Shown here: positions 13,689-26,413 of the stretch, one piece after another
How positions within the stretch are numbered: position 1 is the first letter of the stretch
Layout of the letters: each line of letters begins with the position of its first letter
NCBI GenBank assembly: GCA_951406725.2
Contig: OX597816.1
Coordinates: 53,382,001-53,446,000 of the forward strand
Source: Octopus vulgaris
Taxonomy: Eukaryota
DNA length: 64,000 bases
Reading direction: 5' to 3'
Notes under the pieces: model-generated
Seen by the model: the letters and a program-made list of their open reading frames with translations, nothing else
What the model was told of the DNA's origin: nothing
The model's database searches: none
Program-made: the position numbers and the translations under genes

Positions 13689-14439
13689 TCCCCTCTTTGG
13701 TCACCTGAGCAAATTCATACATGCCCGAGATATTCAACCATTTTTTTTTATTGATGGCCCCCTTTGATTACTAGTCTATTCTGATGGACCCCCATAGCTA
13801 CTTCATGTTTTACAGATGCTTCTTTTAAAATTCCTATTTTGTTTCTGGGTTCAGTCCCACTGCGTGGCACCTTGGGCAAATGTCTTCTTCTGCATATAAT
13901 ACCCAGGTAGCTAATAATCTTGAACCCCAACTTGTAAGACAATATCTGAACTTAACAGACATATGCTTGTTCGTGAAAACATTCCTTCAGAATCAGATTC
14001 CAAAGAAGAAACTTGAATAATATCTGTCATTTGTGTTTTAAACCCTCTCAGTCAGCAGCTGGTCTTGAAAGTCACCTGAGGGCTCATTAAAGGAGGGATT
14101 GTGCTGTGTGATGGGGTGTGGTGTGTGTGTTGAGGGGACAGTTATCACTTTCGAGATGAAGCAATCATCATATATATATATATATTCAAAATAAGCAACA
14201 AGAATGACTCTAGTAATTTGATACGATCGTTTCATACTACATCATTTTATTAAATGTTGTAAGTATTACAACAGTTTTAAAATGCTGAGCACTCATCAGC
14301 TAATTATAGAGGTTTTCCATTAATACAAAAATGTTCATATCAAGTGGCAAATTTATAGAGAAGATAGAAATATATATATATAAATATATATATATATTAT
14401 AGAGAAGGTAGAAATATATATACATAAATATATATATAT

Positions 14440-14682
14440 GTGGCACGTAAAAAGCACCAACCGATCGTGGGCGTTGCTAGCCTCCCCTGGCACCTGTGCC
14501 AGTGGCATGTAAAAAGCACCCACTACACTCACGGAGTGGAAGATGTTAGGAAGGGTATCCAGCTCTAGAAACACTGCCAGATCAGACTGGAGCCTGGTGC
14601 AGCCTCCTGGCTTCCCAGACCCTGGTTGAACCGTCCAACCCATGCTAACATGGAAAACAGATGTTAAACGATGATGATGATT
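14440..14682 (+). mobile_element. Family C retroposon 3' part
   Basis: Near-identical to 58520-58760 and 63695-63930; (GAT)n tail. Confidence 0.85.
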
Positions 14683-15798
14683 GTAGATGAGTGCATTTTA
14701 TCATGGTACTGGCATTTGTGAGATTTTCTCACAGGATATGAGACAACTTCACTGGTGTTGGTGCCACAATAAAATGTACCCAGTGCACTCTGTAAAAGGA
14801 ATAGCATTAAAGAGGGTATCTGACCACAAAAACCATGCCAAAATACAACATATAAGCAAGACATGGCCCCATCTCCATGCTAAAGAAAGCAGTAACTCCA
14901 TATAAATGCTGGCTTATATAACAAGCCATACCAGCATGGAAAGCATAATGCTGATGATGACGATGGTAATGATGACGATGATGATGATGATGACTAACAA
15001 TTATTAATAAAGCAAAATATTATCTAAGCGCTACTTTACAGAATAGAACTAATTCGAATAGTTGCATTCAAAATATCCAGTGGGGATGTCTACAGTATTT
15101 GGAAAGTTAGGATAAATAGTTCGCCAAATTCTTGCATTAGAATTAAAAAGTTACACAGAGACAAAAACAAAACCAACACAAAAGCAAGAAGGAAAACAAA
15201 TAAAGGAGAGATAATAGAAGAGAAAATAAGAAAGAAAAAACAAAAGAAAATATTTAGACATCAGCTGCATCTCTGCTTGAGGAATGTATTGTGTTCACTA
15301 AATACATTTGCTATATTTAACTGTTAAACTGTGAAATTTCCAGACAAAAAGTATATAGTTCCAAGCTTTGATTTATTACCACGCTTCTATTTCTCCTTCA
15401 ATGATACAATAACAGGTAGCTCTCTGGAGGCAATCACTCTATCAAGTGGTTTTATGAGTGCTATCATTTTTTTTTTTTTTTCAGAGTTGGGAATAAACTA
15501 TTTTATAGTTATTTTATAATGTGTTTTTACTATAAGACTGTGAAAATGCAGTTCTTGTAAACAAGTGAAAGTGTGTTTCAACACCAACAAGGGTAAACTC
15601 TTTTACCTTGAAAGCGACTGACCTATCAATCTCCCAACTTATCAAAGATGATAGAGATCCAAATAAGTAATCATCTCAGTTATCATATGGAGCCTTTTCC
15701 TCCCCTCTTATACAGTTAATTTATATCTTTGTACAATAATAGAAGATTTAGCTTATGTTATTGGCAATTTCAAATAAGTTTCAATACTGCCCAACTTA

Positions 15799-16350
15799 CG
15801 AGGGCGAGTCAAAAAGTAATGCCATATTGTTTAGGACAGGTATAATTACCAACACAGGGACATTTAACATACACCAAAATGAAGCTTGCCCTCTGTAGAT
15901 CACATCCCTACTTCTCAATATATTCACCGTTTCTCTCAATAGCAATGTTCCACCTTCGAATGAGAGCATGTATCCCTGCCCTGTAAAGTTCTGTTGACTG
16001 TTCTTTGGGCCACTTCACTGCAGTTTTCACTTCTTCATCACTGGAATAATGTTTACCTCTCAAACCCTCTTTCATGGGGCCGAAGAGATGATAGTCTGAA
16101 GGCGCTATATTATTCTAGTGATGAGGAAGAGAAAACTGTAGTGAAGAAGTGGCTCAAAGAACAGTCAACAGAATTTTACGGGCAGGGAAACATGCTCTCA
16201 TTCGAAGGTGGGATATGGCTATTGAGAGAAACAGTGACTATGTTGAGAAGTAGGGATGTGAACCACAGAGGACCAGTTTCCTTTTGGTGTATGGTACATG
16301 TTCCTGTGTTGGTAATTATACCTGTCCTAAACAAAATGGCATTACCCTTG
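15799..16350. mobile_element. Fold-back Mariner-derived MITE made of two inverted transposase 3' ends
   Basis: TA|cgagggcgagtcaaaaagtaatgcc start, ...cccttg|TA end; minus strand encodes IAPSDYHLFGPMKEGLRGKHYSSDEEVK; arms about 230 bp. Confidence 0.85.
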
Positions 16351-16851
16351 TAGTTTAATTCATTTTCTTTAGATTGGGAAGACATACACTTGGATTACTC
16401 AAACCATGAAATGCTTTAGATATAAAGGAAGTATTTCCTATTTATGTTTGTATTATGAGCATTCTAAGAAAGAATATATATATATATATCATTTCAATCA
16501 GGATAGCTACTTACCACACAGCCACTCTTGTGCCTACACTCTGTAAAATGGTTTGCTTTAAGAAAGGCATCCAGCTATAGAAACCATGCTAATGTAGACA
16601 ATGGAGTCCAACACATGCGTCATGCGCCTCGGATCTAGTCTAATTGTTCAACACATGCTAGTGTGGAAAATGGATGTTAAATAATGATGATGATGACGAT
16701 GATGGCGTATATAAGTTTTAAGAAAAAAATTCTCAATAAGAAATTTCTTAAATTAAAAATTAATACCTATATAAAAAAAAACTTTTAAAGAAGAGATTAG
16801 CACAGATTTTATGAAAGAAGTTTTGTGTAGGAAGCTGGAAATAGAAGCTGG

Positions 16852-16925
16852 GGAAGTCATAGAAATTCTCCAACAACCATTTCTGATTCTTTCCAGGGGT
16901 ATGGCAAGGAGCCAAATCCTGGTAC
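16852..16925 (-). pseudogene. Tc1-like transposase fragment
   Basis: Translates YQDLAPCHTPGKNQKWLLENFYDF, matching the Tc1/mariner QQDxAPxH catalytic region. Confidence 0.55.
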
Positions 16926-17095
16926 ATATATACAACAGGCTTCTTACAGTTTCCATCTACAAATCCACTCACAAGGCTTTGGTCAGCCTGGGGCTATAGT
17001 AGAAGACACTTGCCCAAGGTGTCACACAGAGGGACTGAACCTGGAACCATGTGGTTCGTAAGCCAGCTACTTACAACACAGCCACTCCTATGCCT
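16926..17095 (-). mobile_element. SINE family A head
   Basis: Reverse complement of 23003-23166. Confidence 0.85.
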
Positions 17096-17458
17096 ATATA
17101 TTTGTCACTTTCTTTTTACACCCACCCTTTCCAATCCTCTATCCCTATCCTTTCTACTATTAACTTTCTTGTAACCTGCAACCCTCTTCAACTAGGGTTT
17201 GACCACAGTCTCTGGCAGCTTCACATAGACATATGAATTGAGACTAAGGCTCTGTTCAAAGATGTGCAGATGAATTCCAGCATGTGAAGGCAGTCAGAAT
17301 GCCTGCTGTGTCCCTTCCTGCTGGCCAGGGCTTCATAATCTCCATTTCTCCATTGCTACTGTCCATGTCATGTCCTACAGCCTATATTGTGTCCACAGAG
17401 CAGCAGCCATGATGTTGGCATTTTAATACCCAACACAAATCATTATGATGCAAGTAAC

Positions 17459-17578
17459 CATTTTCCAATATTCAGATGGCTTCCAGTCCTCCTTATCAGC
17501 TAAATTTTTCTCAACTACAACTTTAATCTTTATATTCTTTAACACTGTTGACTGCCTGCCAAGACATGAAGCAGTTCC
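17459..17578 (-). CDS. Candidate exon (120 nt; GTASCLGRQSTVLKNIKIKVVVEKNLADKEDWKPSEYWKM)
   Basis: Acceptor acaacttttttcag|g, open frame, weak donor g|gttact. Confidence 0.25.
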
Positions 17579-17661
17579 CTGAAAAAAGTTGTAAAAACTC
17601 ATCAAATTTATCCCTCCGTCTGTCTTCCTTTCTTTCTCTCTCTCTTTCTCTCCCTCTTTCT

Positions 17662-17706
<45 letters not shown>

Positions 17707-19369
17707 TACACTTCTACTTAGCCATAACAGAGTGGATAACTAGTTGCTAAAACTCTATATACTTATAATGCAAGATATTTCTAAGTACCAATGGGGGAGG
17801 CATTGTGAATTCATAGAGACAATCTCCGGTGAGATATCTCACAGCTTTATCAGAGTTTTAACAAGTGAACAGTTCATGCTAAGGATGAATGGAAACATAT
17901 TCCATAACTGTATCAGATACAAAATAATAACACCTTTACATGAAGCACAAATAGACGCACACAAAAACATTTACAGATTTTTGTTTGTTTTTTTTTTTTT
18001 ACACTGATGCACATTTAAAACCAGTGACGAAGTTGATGATGATGATGACAACTGCAAAAATGATGATGATCATCATCATCATCATCGTCATGATGACAAA
18101 ACTTTTCAACTTAGAGAGTTCTAGCATGTTTATAAAAGGAAAAAACAAATTAGATTTTCCCTGAGAAAATTATGGGTGATTTGTATGGTTTCATTGAAGC
18201 CAGAAATATATTTATCTAAAACATTCAAGTTTTTAAAACCTGCTATTTTGTGTTTTGTATTTGCCGTCTTCAACGACAGCTGTGTACTGTGTGAGAAACA
18301 TGTTTGCATGAAATCATGCAAGATGTCTACACATTTCTCTCCATGTGGTTGTGTGTCTGTGTGTATGTTTGTTCATGTAAAATATTTCATATCCAATCAT
18401 AAATTTTGGCAGCAAATTTTACATGTATATGTAGTTCATTTTAAACAGCAAATTCTTCACTTTGGTATCTGTGGAATTGTAAATACAATTACAACACTAG
18501 TTAACTATTTACTATTTAATTTTACTAAAAATCTGGATATTTTCCTTGGTTTTTGGTGCTAGATTAAAAACATAACTAGATTATGTTATTTTACTATTTA
18601 TGTTTTTGTTTGACTGCCGTTCATTTTCAAGACAAAAAAAAACAACAACAATAATAATAATACGTGTAGCAGGTGAAAACTGCTAAATCATTATCTGCAT
18701 GCATGTATCCAATAGATTTACTGTCAGTAATGTGTAATAATAGGTTGTTATGTGCAAGGCATTTCTACACATATATGTGTGAGAATGTGTGTGTGTGTTT
18801 GTGCTTGTATTTGTATATATATATATATATATATATATAGGTCTGCTATTCTGTATATCAACAACTGAAGGTTCTGTTAATACATATGTACAAAGTATTC
18901 ACATGCAACACACGTACCAACATTAAGCTTAATAACAACTGGATTTGTTAGAAACAATTACTTTCTCAGATTTATGAAATCATTATCATGAAACCATTAC
19001 AGTTAAGATCATACTTAATACATCCTAACAATAGGCTACTAAACACAGAAATTAGTATAATCAAGCATAACTTAATTAACAGTAAATTACTCAGGAAGCC
19101 AACTTCATGAAAACTAATCGTTAAGCCAATGTTTTTATATTCGATACAATATGGATGGTGGATTTGAAGAATCATTAGAACATCAGTCAAAATTGCTGTG
19201 TGGTATGTGTTATGGCTCTCTATGTATTGAGATCAAATTCCATTGAAGTATATTTCACCTTCTATCCTTTCAGGGGTCAATAAATTAAGTACCAGTCAAG
19301 TACTGGTGGGTGTTGAGGTTACTTGACAGCTTCCTTCTCTAAAATTTTGATACATTATATCTATGATAG

Positions 19370-19620
19370 TGGAGGTACGTGGCTTAGTGGTTAAGGTGTC
19401 AGCACCATGATCATAAGATTGTGGTTTCGATTCCTGGACCAGGCGACACGTTGTGTTCTTGAGTAAGACACTTCATTTCACGTTGCTTCAGTCCACTCAG
19501 CTGGCAAAAATGAGTAACGCTGCAATGGACTGGCGTCCAGCTGGGGAACACATACGCCATAGAAACCAGGAAAATGGGCCCATGAGCCTGGCTAGGATTT
19601 AAAAGGGTGCATTTATTTAT
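19370..19620 (+). mobile_element. tRNA-derived SINE (D/E-type)
   Basis: tggcttagtgg A-box, ggtttcgattcc B-box, (TTA)n tail; 3' end matches 56608-56715 reverse complement. Confidence 0.75.
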
Positions 19621-19994
19621 TATTATTATATCTATGATAAGGTATTATATTTAAATCAGTGAACATTAAAATGATAATTAGAAATAATTATGTAGTTTGG
19701 AAACAGTGGTATTAGTCATTGATTAAAATATTGTTTTAACTGTTTCAGCATATATGAGAAACAACTTCTTACATGTTCCTTGCTTATCATAACCTCATCA
19801 GTGAAGTATAGACTCCACCATAGTTGCCAAAGAAACAATAGATGAATCAGTAAGGTTGGCATATAAATATGAAATTTTCAGAGATGCTAACATACTTAGA
19901 AATGCAAAATATATGCAAAACCATATTCAAAATCTAAAGAAGAAAAATTTTACATACACACACACACACACCGATATATATTCTTTTATTGGCC

Positions 19995-20452
19995 ATTGTC
20001 GGTGTCACATAACTGGCATCCATACTGGTGGCACATAAAAAGCAATTTTCAAGCGTTGGGCCTCAGGGAAGCAATGTGGCCAATATTGGTGTCACGTACC
20101 TAGCATCCATGCCAGTGACACATAAAAAGCACATTTCAAGTGCTGGGCCTCATGGAGGCAATGACAAATGACCAAGACCTTTGGTGATATTCTGTGCTTG
20201 AGAAGAAGACCCATCAAGCCAAGTGAAATCATAGTCTTGGAAGATACTGGTGTCACACAAACTGGCACCCATGCCGGTGGCACATAAAAGTACCCATTAC
20301 ATTCTAGGAGTGGTTGGTGTTAGGAAGGGAATCCAGCTGTAGAAAATACCAAATCAGACTAGAGTCTGGCACAACCTCTCAGCTTACCAACCCATGTCAA
20401 ACTGTCCAATCCATGCCAGCATGGACAATGGACACTAAATGATGATGTTGAT
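19995..20452 (+). mobile_element. Family C retroposon
   Basis: Homologous to 36175-36525; (GAT)n tail. Confidence 0.75.
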
Positions 20453-20458
20453 ACATAC

Positions 20459-20663
20459 ATGAGGGTGTGCTGAAAGGTTCCTGGCTTAAAGGGTACTATG
20501 AAAGGTCTTGTCGGAGGTCCAACCGTCCAAGTTCTTTTACAGGGCTTAGAAAAAGTGAATAAGTGTGGGAATCTGAGAGGGGAATATGTTGAATAAAATC
20601 ATAATTAACTGATCCTCCTTCTATTTTCTTTTACCCAAGACTAGGAACTTTCCAGTACCTCAT
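20459..20663. mobile_element. Mariner-derived MITE
   Basis: Termini tgagggtgtgctgaaaggttcctgg and ctaggaactttccagtacctca are imperfect inverted repeats; contains mariner 3' end ggggaatatgttgaataa. Confidence 0.6.
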
Positions 20664-20925
20664 TGTGTGTGTGTGTGAAGTGTGTGTATGTGAAATGTGT
20701 GTGTGTGAAATGTGTGTGTGTGAAATGTGCATATGTGAAATGTATGTGTGTGTGGAATGTGTGTATGTGAAATGTGTGTGTGTGTGAAATGTGTGTGCGT
20801 GAAATGTGCGTATGTGAAATGTGTGTGTGTGTATGTGAAATGTGTGTGTGTGAAATGTGTGTGTGTGTGTATAGACAGACAGACATACAGACAGACAGAT
20901 AGATAGATAGATAGATAGATAGATA
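20664..20925. repeat. (TG)n-tgaaa minisatellite followed by (GACA)/(GATA)n
   Basis: Directly visible. Confidence 0.9.
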
Positions 20926-21248
20926 CAGGAGGAGGTGCTAAACTTTTCAGCACCCCCTCATAGACTGATACAGTATAAAGAGAACTCTTCATGCTTCTGC
21001 AGTCAAACTCTCTAGTGTTTGTGGCATAATAAAATATTTTCAATTCATGCTGTAAAGAGATTGGTGATATGTAGGACATCCAGCCGCAGAAACTATGCCT
21101 AATTTCATGAAATACAAGACAACACAGACTGGCAGATTTCTTTGTTGATGTGTGGTTCAGAAGATTAAGGGAACAAGGGGCAAGACATTGTGAGACATGT
21201 CCACCCCATGCCAGCATGGAAAAGCAAGTGTAATAACGATGCAGATGA

Positions 21249-21279
<31 letters not shown>

Positions 21280-21734
21280 TTTGGTGGTGGTGGTGGTGAT
21301 GGTGGTAGTGACGATAACGACGACAACGATGATGATGATGGTGTTGATAATTATGATGATGATGATGATGATGTATAAGTACATTCATTGATAATTACCA
21401 TAATACAAAGAGAAACCCCAAAACATCATGAATCCTTACTAAATCAAATCAAAATTACATAAAAATATAAACTAAATGCCAAGTCTCATTTATCACCTCA
21501 ACTAATAAATCTCAATACAGATGTGATGAATTCTTTGTATGCATTAATATTGACATTGGTATTACAACTTTTAGCTGTTTGCAAATTCTCAAGCTTACAT
21601 GATAGTATCTTAGACTTATAAACATATGGCGCTTTGCATATAGATGCGAAATAAGAAGCTTACATTGCAACGTATTATAACAGAGTTAACCTCATTGTAA
21701 ATATATTTCTCCTGAAATACTCTGCTTAAGATTC

Positions 21735-22163
21735 TCTTTTACTTGTTTCAGTCATTTGACTGCGGCCATGCTGGAGCACCACCTTTACTCGATCCCAGGA
21801 CTTATTCTTTGTAAGCCTAGTACTTATTCTATTGGTCTCTTTTGCCGAACCGCTAAGTTACGGGGACGTGAACACACCAGCATCAGTTGTCAAGCAATGT
21901 TGGGGTGGGGACAAACACAGACACACAAACATATACACACACACATAAATATATATATATATATATATATATAACGGGAAGGTTTACGAAAATAAACAAA
22001 AGACGAAGGCAGGTGGAGTACAAACAAACAAATGTATTAGTATGGCACTCAAGAATAGAAATAGAACAAGTCTTTTACGTTTCGAGCCTACGCTCTTCGA
22101 CAGAAAGATACACAGAAAAGAAACAAGGAGAGAAACAAGGAGATAAAAAAATGCGTGTAGGAG

Positions 22164-22205
<42 letters not shown>

Positions 22206-22228
22206 CTCCTACATGCATTTTTTTCTCT

Positions 22229-22268
<40 letters not shown>

Positions 22269-22433
22269 TACGACGGGCTTCTTTCAGTTTCCATCTATCA
22301 AATCCACTCACAAGGCTTTGGTCGGCCCAAGGCTATAGTTGAAGACACTTGCCCAAGGTGCCATGCAGTGGGACTGAACTCGGAACCATGTGGTTGGTAT
22401 GCAACCTACTTACCACACAGCCACTCCTACGCC
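21735..22433 (-). mobile_element. SINE family A, full length, carrying a nested PLE-like insert in its (TA)n
   Basis: Tail 21735-21950 and head 22270-22433 match other A copies. Confidence 0.88.
22071..22108 (-). ncRNA. Minimal type I hammerhead ribozyme-like motif, variant core
   Basis: Minus strand UCUUU-CUGUCGA-A-GAGC(GUAG)GCUC-GAAA-CG-UA-AAAGA: stem I 5 bp, stem II 4 bp, palindromic ACGU stem III. Confidence 0.6.
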
Positions 22434-23002
22434 TATAATTATGAATTAATTTTTTAAATAACCAAGAATTTGAAAGGTTTTAATAAACTAACCAGGTTTG
22501 TCATTATTAAACTGACATCTGAAGGCAGTGAATTAGCAGAATCATTACAGTGTTGAGCAAAATGCCTTAAACTCAACTTTGGCTTTCATCATTCTTAGGT
22601 CAATAGAGTACCAGTCAAGTAGCAGTATTGATCATTGTTTTTACTGGTTATTCCCTTTTTCTCGGAATTTCAGGCCTTGTGTTTATAATTGTTAGAAACA
22701 ATTATCAAACCAGCATTTGGAACATAATTTAATGAAAGGCTCTGACACAGACAATTATGAGATGAAGCTTTAATTTAAATTTAAGCACTTTAACATGAAA
22801 GATCTTGTGTTGCAGAACCAGAGGCCATCTTAGGCAGGCTGTTGTCGAAAGAGTTAAGCAATTAAAACAGAAACCAGATCAAGGAAGTAATTCTCATTAA
22901 GAAACAAGAAATGTGTACTACATTTAGTTATACAATAGTACTGCAATACATATACACAACTGTTTGTTATACAATAATATCATACACACATATAGCTTTT
23001 AA

Positions 23003-23404
23003 GGCGCAGGAGTGGCTGTGTGGTAAGTAGCTTGCTTACCAACCACATGGTTCCGGGTTCAGTCCCACTGCGTGGCAACATGGGCAAGTGTCTTCTACTA
23101 TAGCCTCGGGCCGATTAAAGCCTTGTGAGTGGATTTGGTAGATGGAAACTGAAAGAAGCCCGTCGTATATATGTATATATATGTATGTGTGTGTGTATAT
23201 GCTTGTGTGTCTGTGTTTGTCTCCCCAACATCACTTGACAACCGATGCTGGTGTGTTTACGTCCCTGTCACTTAGCGGTTCGGCAAGAGAGACCAATAGA
23301 ATAAGTACTAGGCTTACAAAGAATAAGTCCTGGGGTCCATTTGTTCGACTAAAGGCGGTGCTCCAGCATGGCCACAGTCAAATGACTGAAACAGGTAAAA
23401 GAGT
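23003..23404 (+). mobile_element. SINE family A, full length
   Basis: ggcgcaggagtggctgtgtggtaag head (A-box), gggttcagtccc B-box, tail gtaaaagagta. Confidence 0.92.
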
Positions 23405-23842
23405 ATATGAATAACTTTTAGCTATACAATAGCACTATACATACATATATGTAACTTTTAGTTACACAATAGCATTAACCCAACATATACACAGCTTTTA
23501 GTTTTTTTCAGTTGCATCATATATACTAAATACGTAAGTTTTCCTCATACAATAATATCGTGCATACATACACAACTTTTAGCTTTACGATGGCGCCATA
23601 AACATATACAGAAATAGTACATAGAAAAACACCTTGATAAGTTATTTCCTTATGCATCAACAAGAAAACCAGTACATACTAGAACAAGAAGCTACATCTC
23701 TTTCGTATCACACTCTGCCGTGTCAAAAAAGGAAGGAAATATTGTATTGTTATATCTGAAATAAAGACAAAATGCTCATGGCTTCAATACCTGTGATCAT
23801 AAGTCTGCTTAATTATGGCTGAGAAGTAATTAGACAAGGACT

Positions 23843-24626
23843 TAAGGCGACGAACTGGCAAGCGTTAAAACGACGAGCAAAATGCTTAGTGGTATTTTGT
23901 CTGCCACTACGTTCGGAGTTCAAATTCCGTTGAGATCAACTTTGCCTTTCATCCTTTCAGAGTCGATTAAATAAGTACCAGTTATGCACTGGGGTTGATG
24001 TAACCAACTTAATCCGTTTATCTGTCCTTGTTTGTCCCTTCTGTGTTTAGCTCCTTGTGGGTAGTAAAGAAATAGGTATTTCGTCTGCCACTACGTTCTG
24101 AGTTTAAATTCCGCGGAGGTCAACTTTGCCTTTCATCCTTTCGGAGTCGATTAAATAAGTACCAGTTACGCACTGGGGTCGATGTAACCAACTTAATCCG
24201 TTTGTCTGTCCTTGTTTGTCCCTTCTGTGTTTAGCCCCTTGTTGGTAGTAAAGAAATAGGCATTTCGTCTGCCGCTACGTTCTGAGTTCAAATTCCGCCG
24301 AGGTCAACTTTGCCTTTCATCCTTTCGGGGTCGATTAAACAAGTACCAGTTACGCACTGGGGTCGATGTAACCGACTTAATCCGTTTGTCTGTCCTTGTT
24401 TGTCCCTTCTGTGTTTAGCTCCTTGTGGGTAGTAAAGAAATAGGTATTTCGTCTGCCACTACGTTCTGAGTTCAAATTCTGCCGAGGTCAACTTTGCCTT
24501 TCATCCTTTCGGAGTCGATTAAACAAGTACCAGTTATGCTCTGGGGTCGATATAATCGACTTAATCCGTTTGTCTGTCCTTGTTTGTCCTCTCTGTGTGT
24601 AGCCCCTTGTGGGCAGTAAAGAAATA
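23843..24626 (+). mobile_element. SINE family B with four tandem 184-bp units, 11-bp TSD
   Basis: Units start at 23892, 24076, 24260 and 24444; agacaaggact at 23832-23842 and 24627-24637. Confidence 0.9.
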
Positions 24627-25312
24627 AGACAAGGACTCACTCCAAAACACTTTAACTCTCATAGCTATGCATACAAAATTACCCAACTTCCAGTTAATTT
24701 TTCTGTATATCTAACTCTTCTAAAATTCCAGTACAGACTGAAACACATTCACATTACCAAATGCAAACATAAACATCAAAGTTATATTTATAGCGTATCC
24801 TATGTGCTGAAAGATTTATCTGTATTGCAGTTGTTGGATAAGAGACTAAACCAATTTTCTGTTGTAGAGCAATTATATCTGGAATAATCATCCCTACACA
24901 TTCTTCTTTGTTTTTTTTCTTTCTCTTCTGCCTCTTTTATTTCTTCTTATCCCTCTTCTTCATTTCTATACTGAACTGTACTCAGTGCCAAATTAGTAAC
25001 TTTATATTCCCTTCTTGGGTAAAGACATGCATTAAGGCTCTTACATACGCAACCACAGGATACATAAGTGAACACTGAGCTGTGGTGACCTTCTCTCACC
25101 CCCTGGCAACGACCCAGTTTGCCTATGCATTGAGACAGGGCTGACAGTCACACCACGTTGTTCAGTCATAGGACAGATCCAGTAGCATATCTGCTTCTTG
25201 TGAGAAGAGTGTGCTGAGCACTCATTCAGCCCTTCTTCGTTTCTGAAGAAAGGGTTCACAATGAGTGATCTGCTACAATCCTCCTCATGGCACAAAAGTA
25301 ACCAATTTCAAA

Positions 25313-25314
<2 letters not shown>

Positions 25315-25365
<51 letters not shown>

Positions 25366-25489
25366 GGAAGGAAAGAAAGAAAGAAAGAAAGAAAGGAAGG
25401 AAGGAAGGAAGGAAGGAAGGAAGGAAGGAAGGAAGGAAGGAAGGAAGGAAGGAAGGAAGGAAGGAAGGAAGGAAGGAAGGAAGGAAGGA

Positions 25490-25541
<52 letters not shown>

Positions 25542-25545
25542 AAAA
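25315..25545. repeat. Polypurine compound microsatellite (AG)n(GGAA)n(GAAA)n
   Basis: Directly visible. Confidence 0.95.
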
Positions 25546-26358
25546 AAGGGAGAGAAAAATTAACCCCAGTAAAAAAATTAACCCCGGAACTTTATTTATA
25601 AACTCTAAAAGAATGGATAAAAGGTAAAATATTAAAAAAAAAAATGGGCAAAGGATTAAGGTTATCACTCAAGTAGGGAACAAGAGGATTTGAACTCAGA
25701 ATGAAAAGAACTGGAACAAATATTTGAAGGCATCTCTTCCAGCGCTCTAACATTCTTGCCAGCCAATCACCCAAGATTTATATTTGGCTTTCAAATTTTG
25801 GCACAAAGCCAGAAATTTAGTGGAAGAGGGTAAGTTGATTACACTGACCCTCAGTGCTCAACTGGTACTTATTTTATTGACTCTGAAAGGAAGAAAGGCA
25901 AAGTTGACCTTGGCAGTATTTGAACTTAAAATGTAACAAAGGATGAAAAGTCAACCTCGGCAGCATTTGAACTTAGAATGTAACAATGGTCAAAATGCTT
26001 AGCAACATTTCGTCTGGCTCAGTAATGATTTTCCTAGCTCACTTCCTTCTGTTGCCTTACACATTGACCCTCGGAAAGATGAATGAAAAACATTTGCCTT
26101 CAGTAGGATTCTAACTCGGAGTGCAAAGAACCAGAATAAATTGATATTGAATTTTTGAAAGTGATAGAGAGAAGAGCATGAGAATAGGAGTGTGTGTTAT
26201 TCATGCCTTTTCTAAAGACCATTAGTAGTGTGAAGGGAAGTGAAATGACACTACAACCAGAAACTGAGTCAGGGTTGTGAACTTGGATCACCAGCAGATT
26301 ACTTTCATCTAATTTGATTTGACAAGAGATTACATTCATTTAATGGAACAGCTCACAC

Positions 26359-26362
26359 ATGC

Positions 26363-26413
<51 letters not shown>

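Noticed and set aside
14270-14305. Minus-strand CUGAUGAG with a small hairpin as a hammerhead
   Set aside because: No GAAA after stem II and no stem I pairing.
23003-23075. tRNA gene
   Set aside because: A/B-box-like head continues directly into a multicopy SINE body, so it is a SINE head.
25041-25295. 84-aa minus-strand ORF in a GC-richer island
   Set aside because: No recognisable domain; could be a repeat relic, so not called as an exon.
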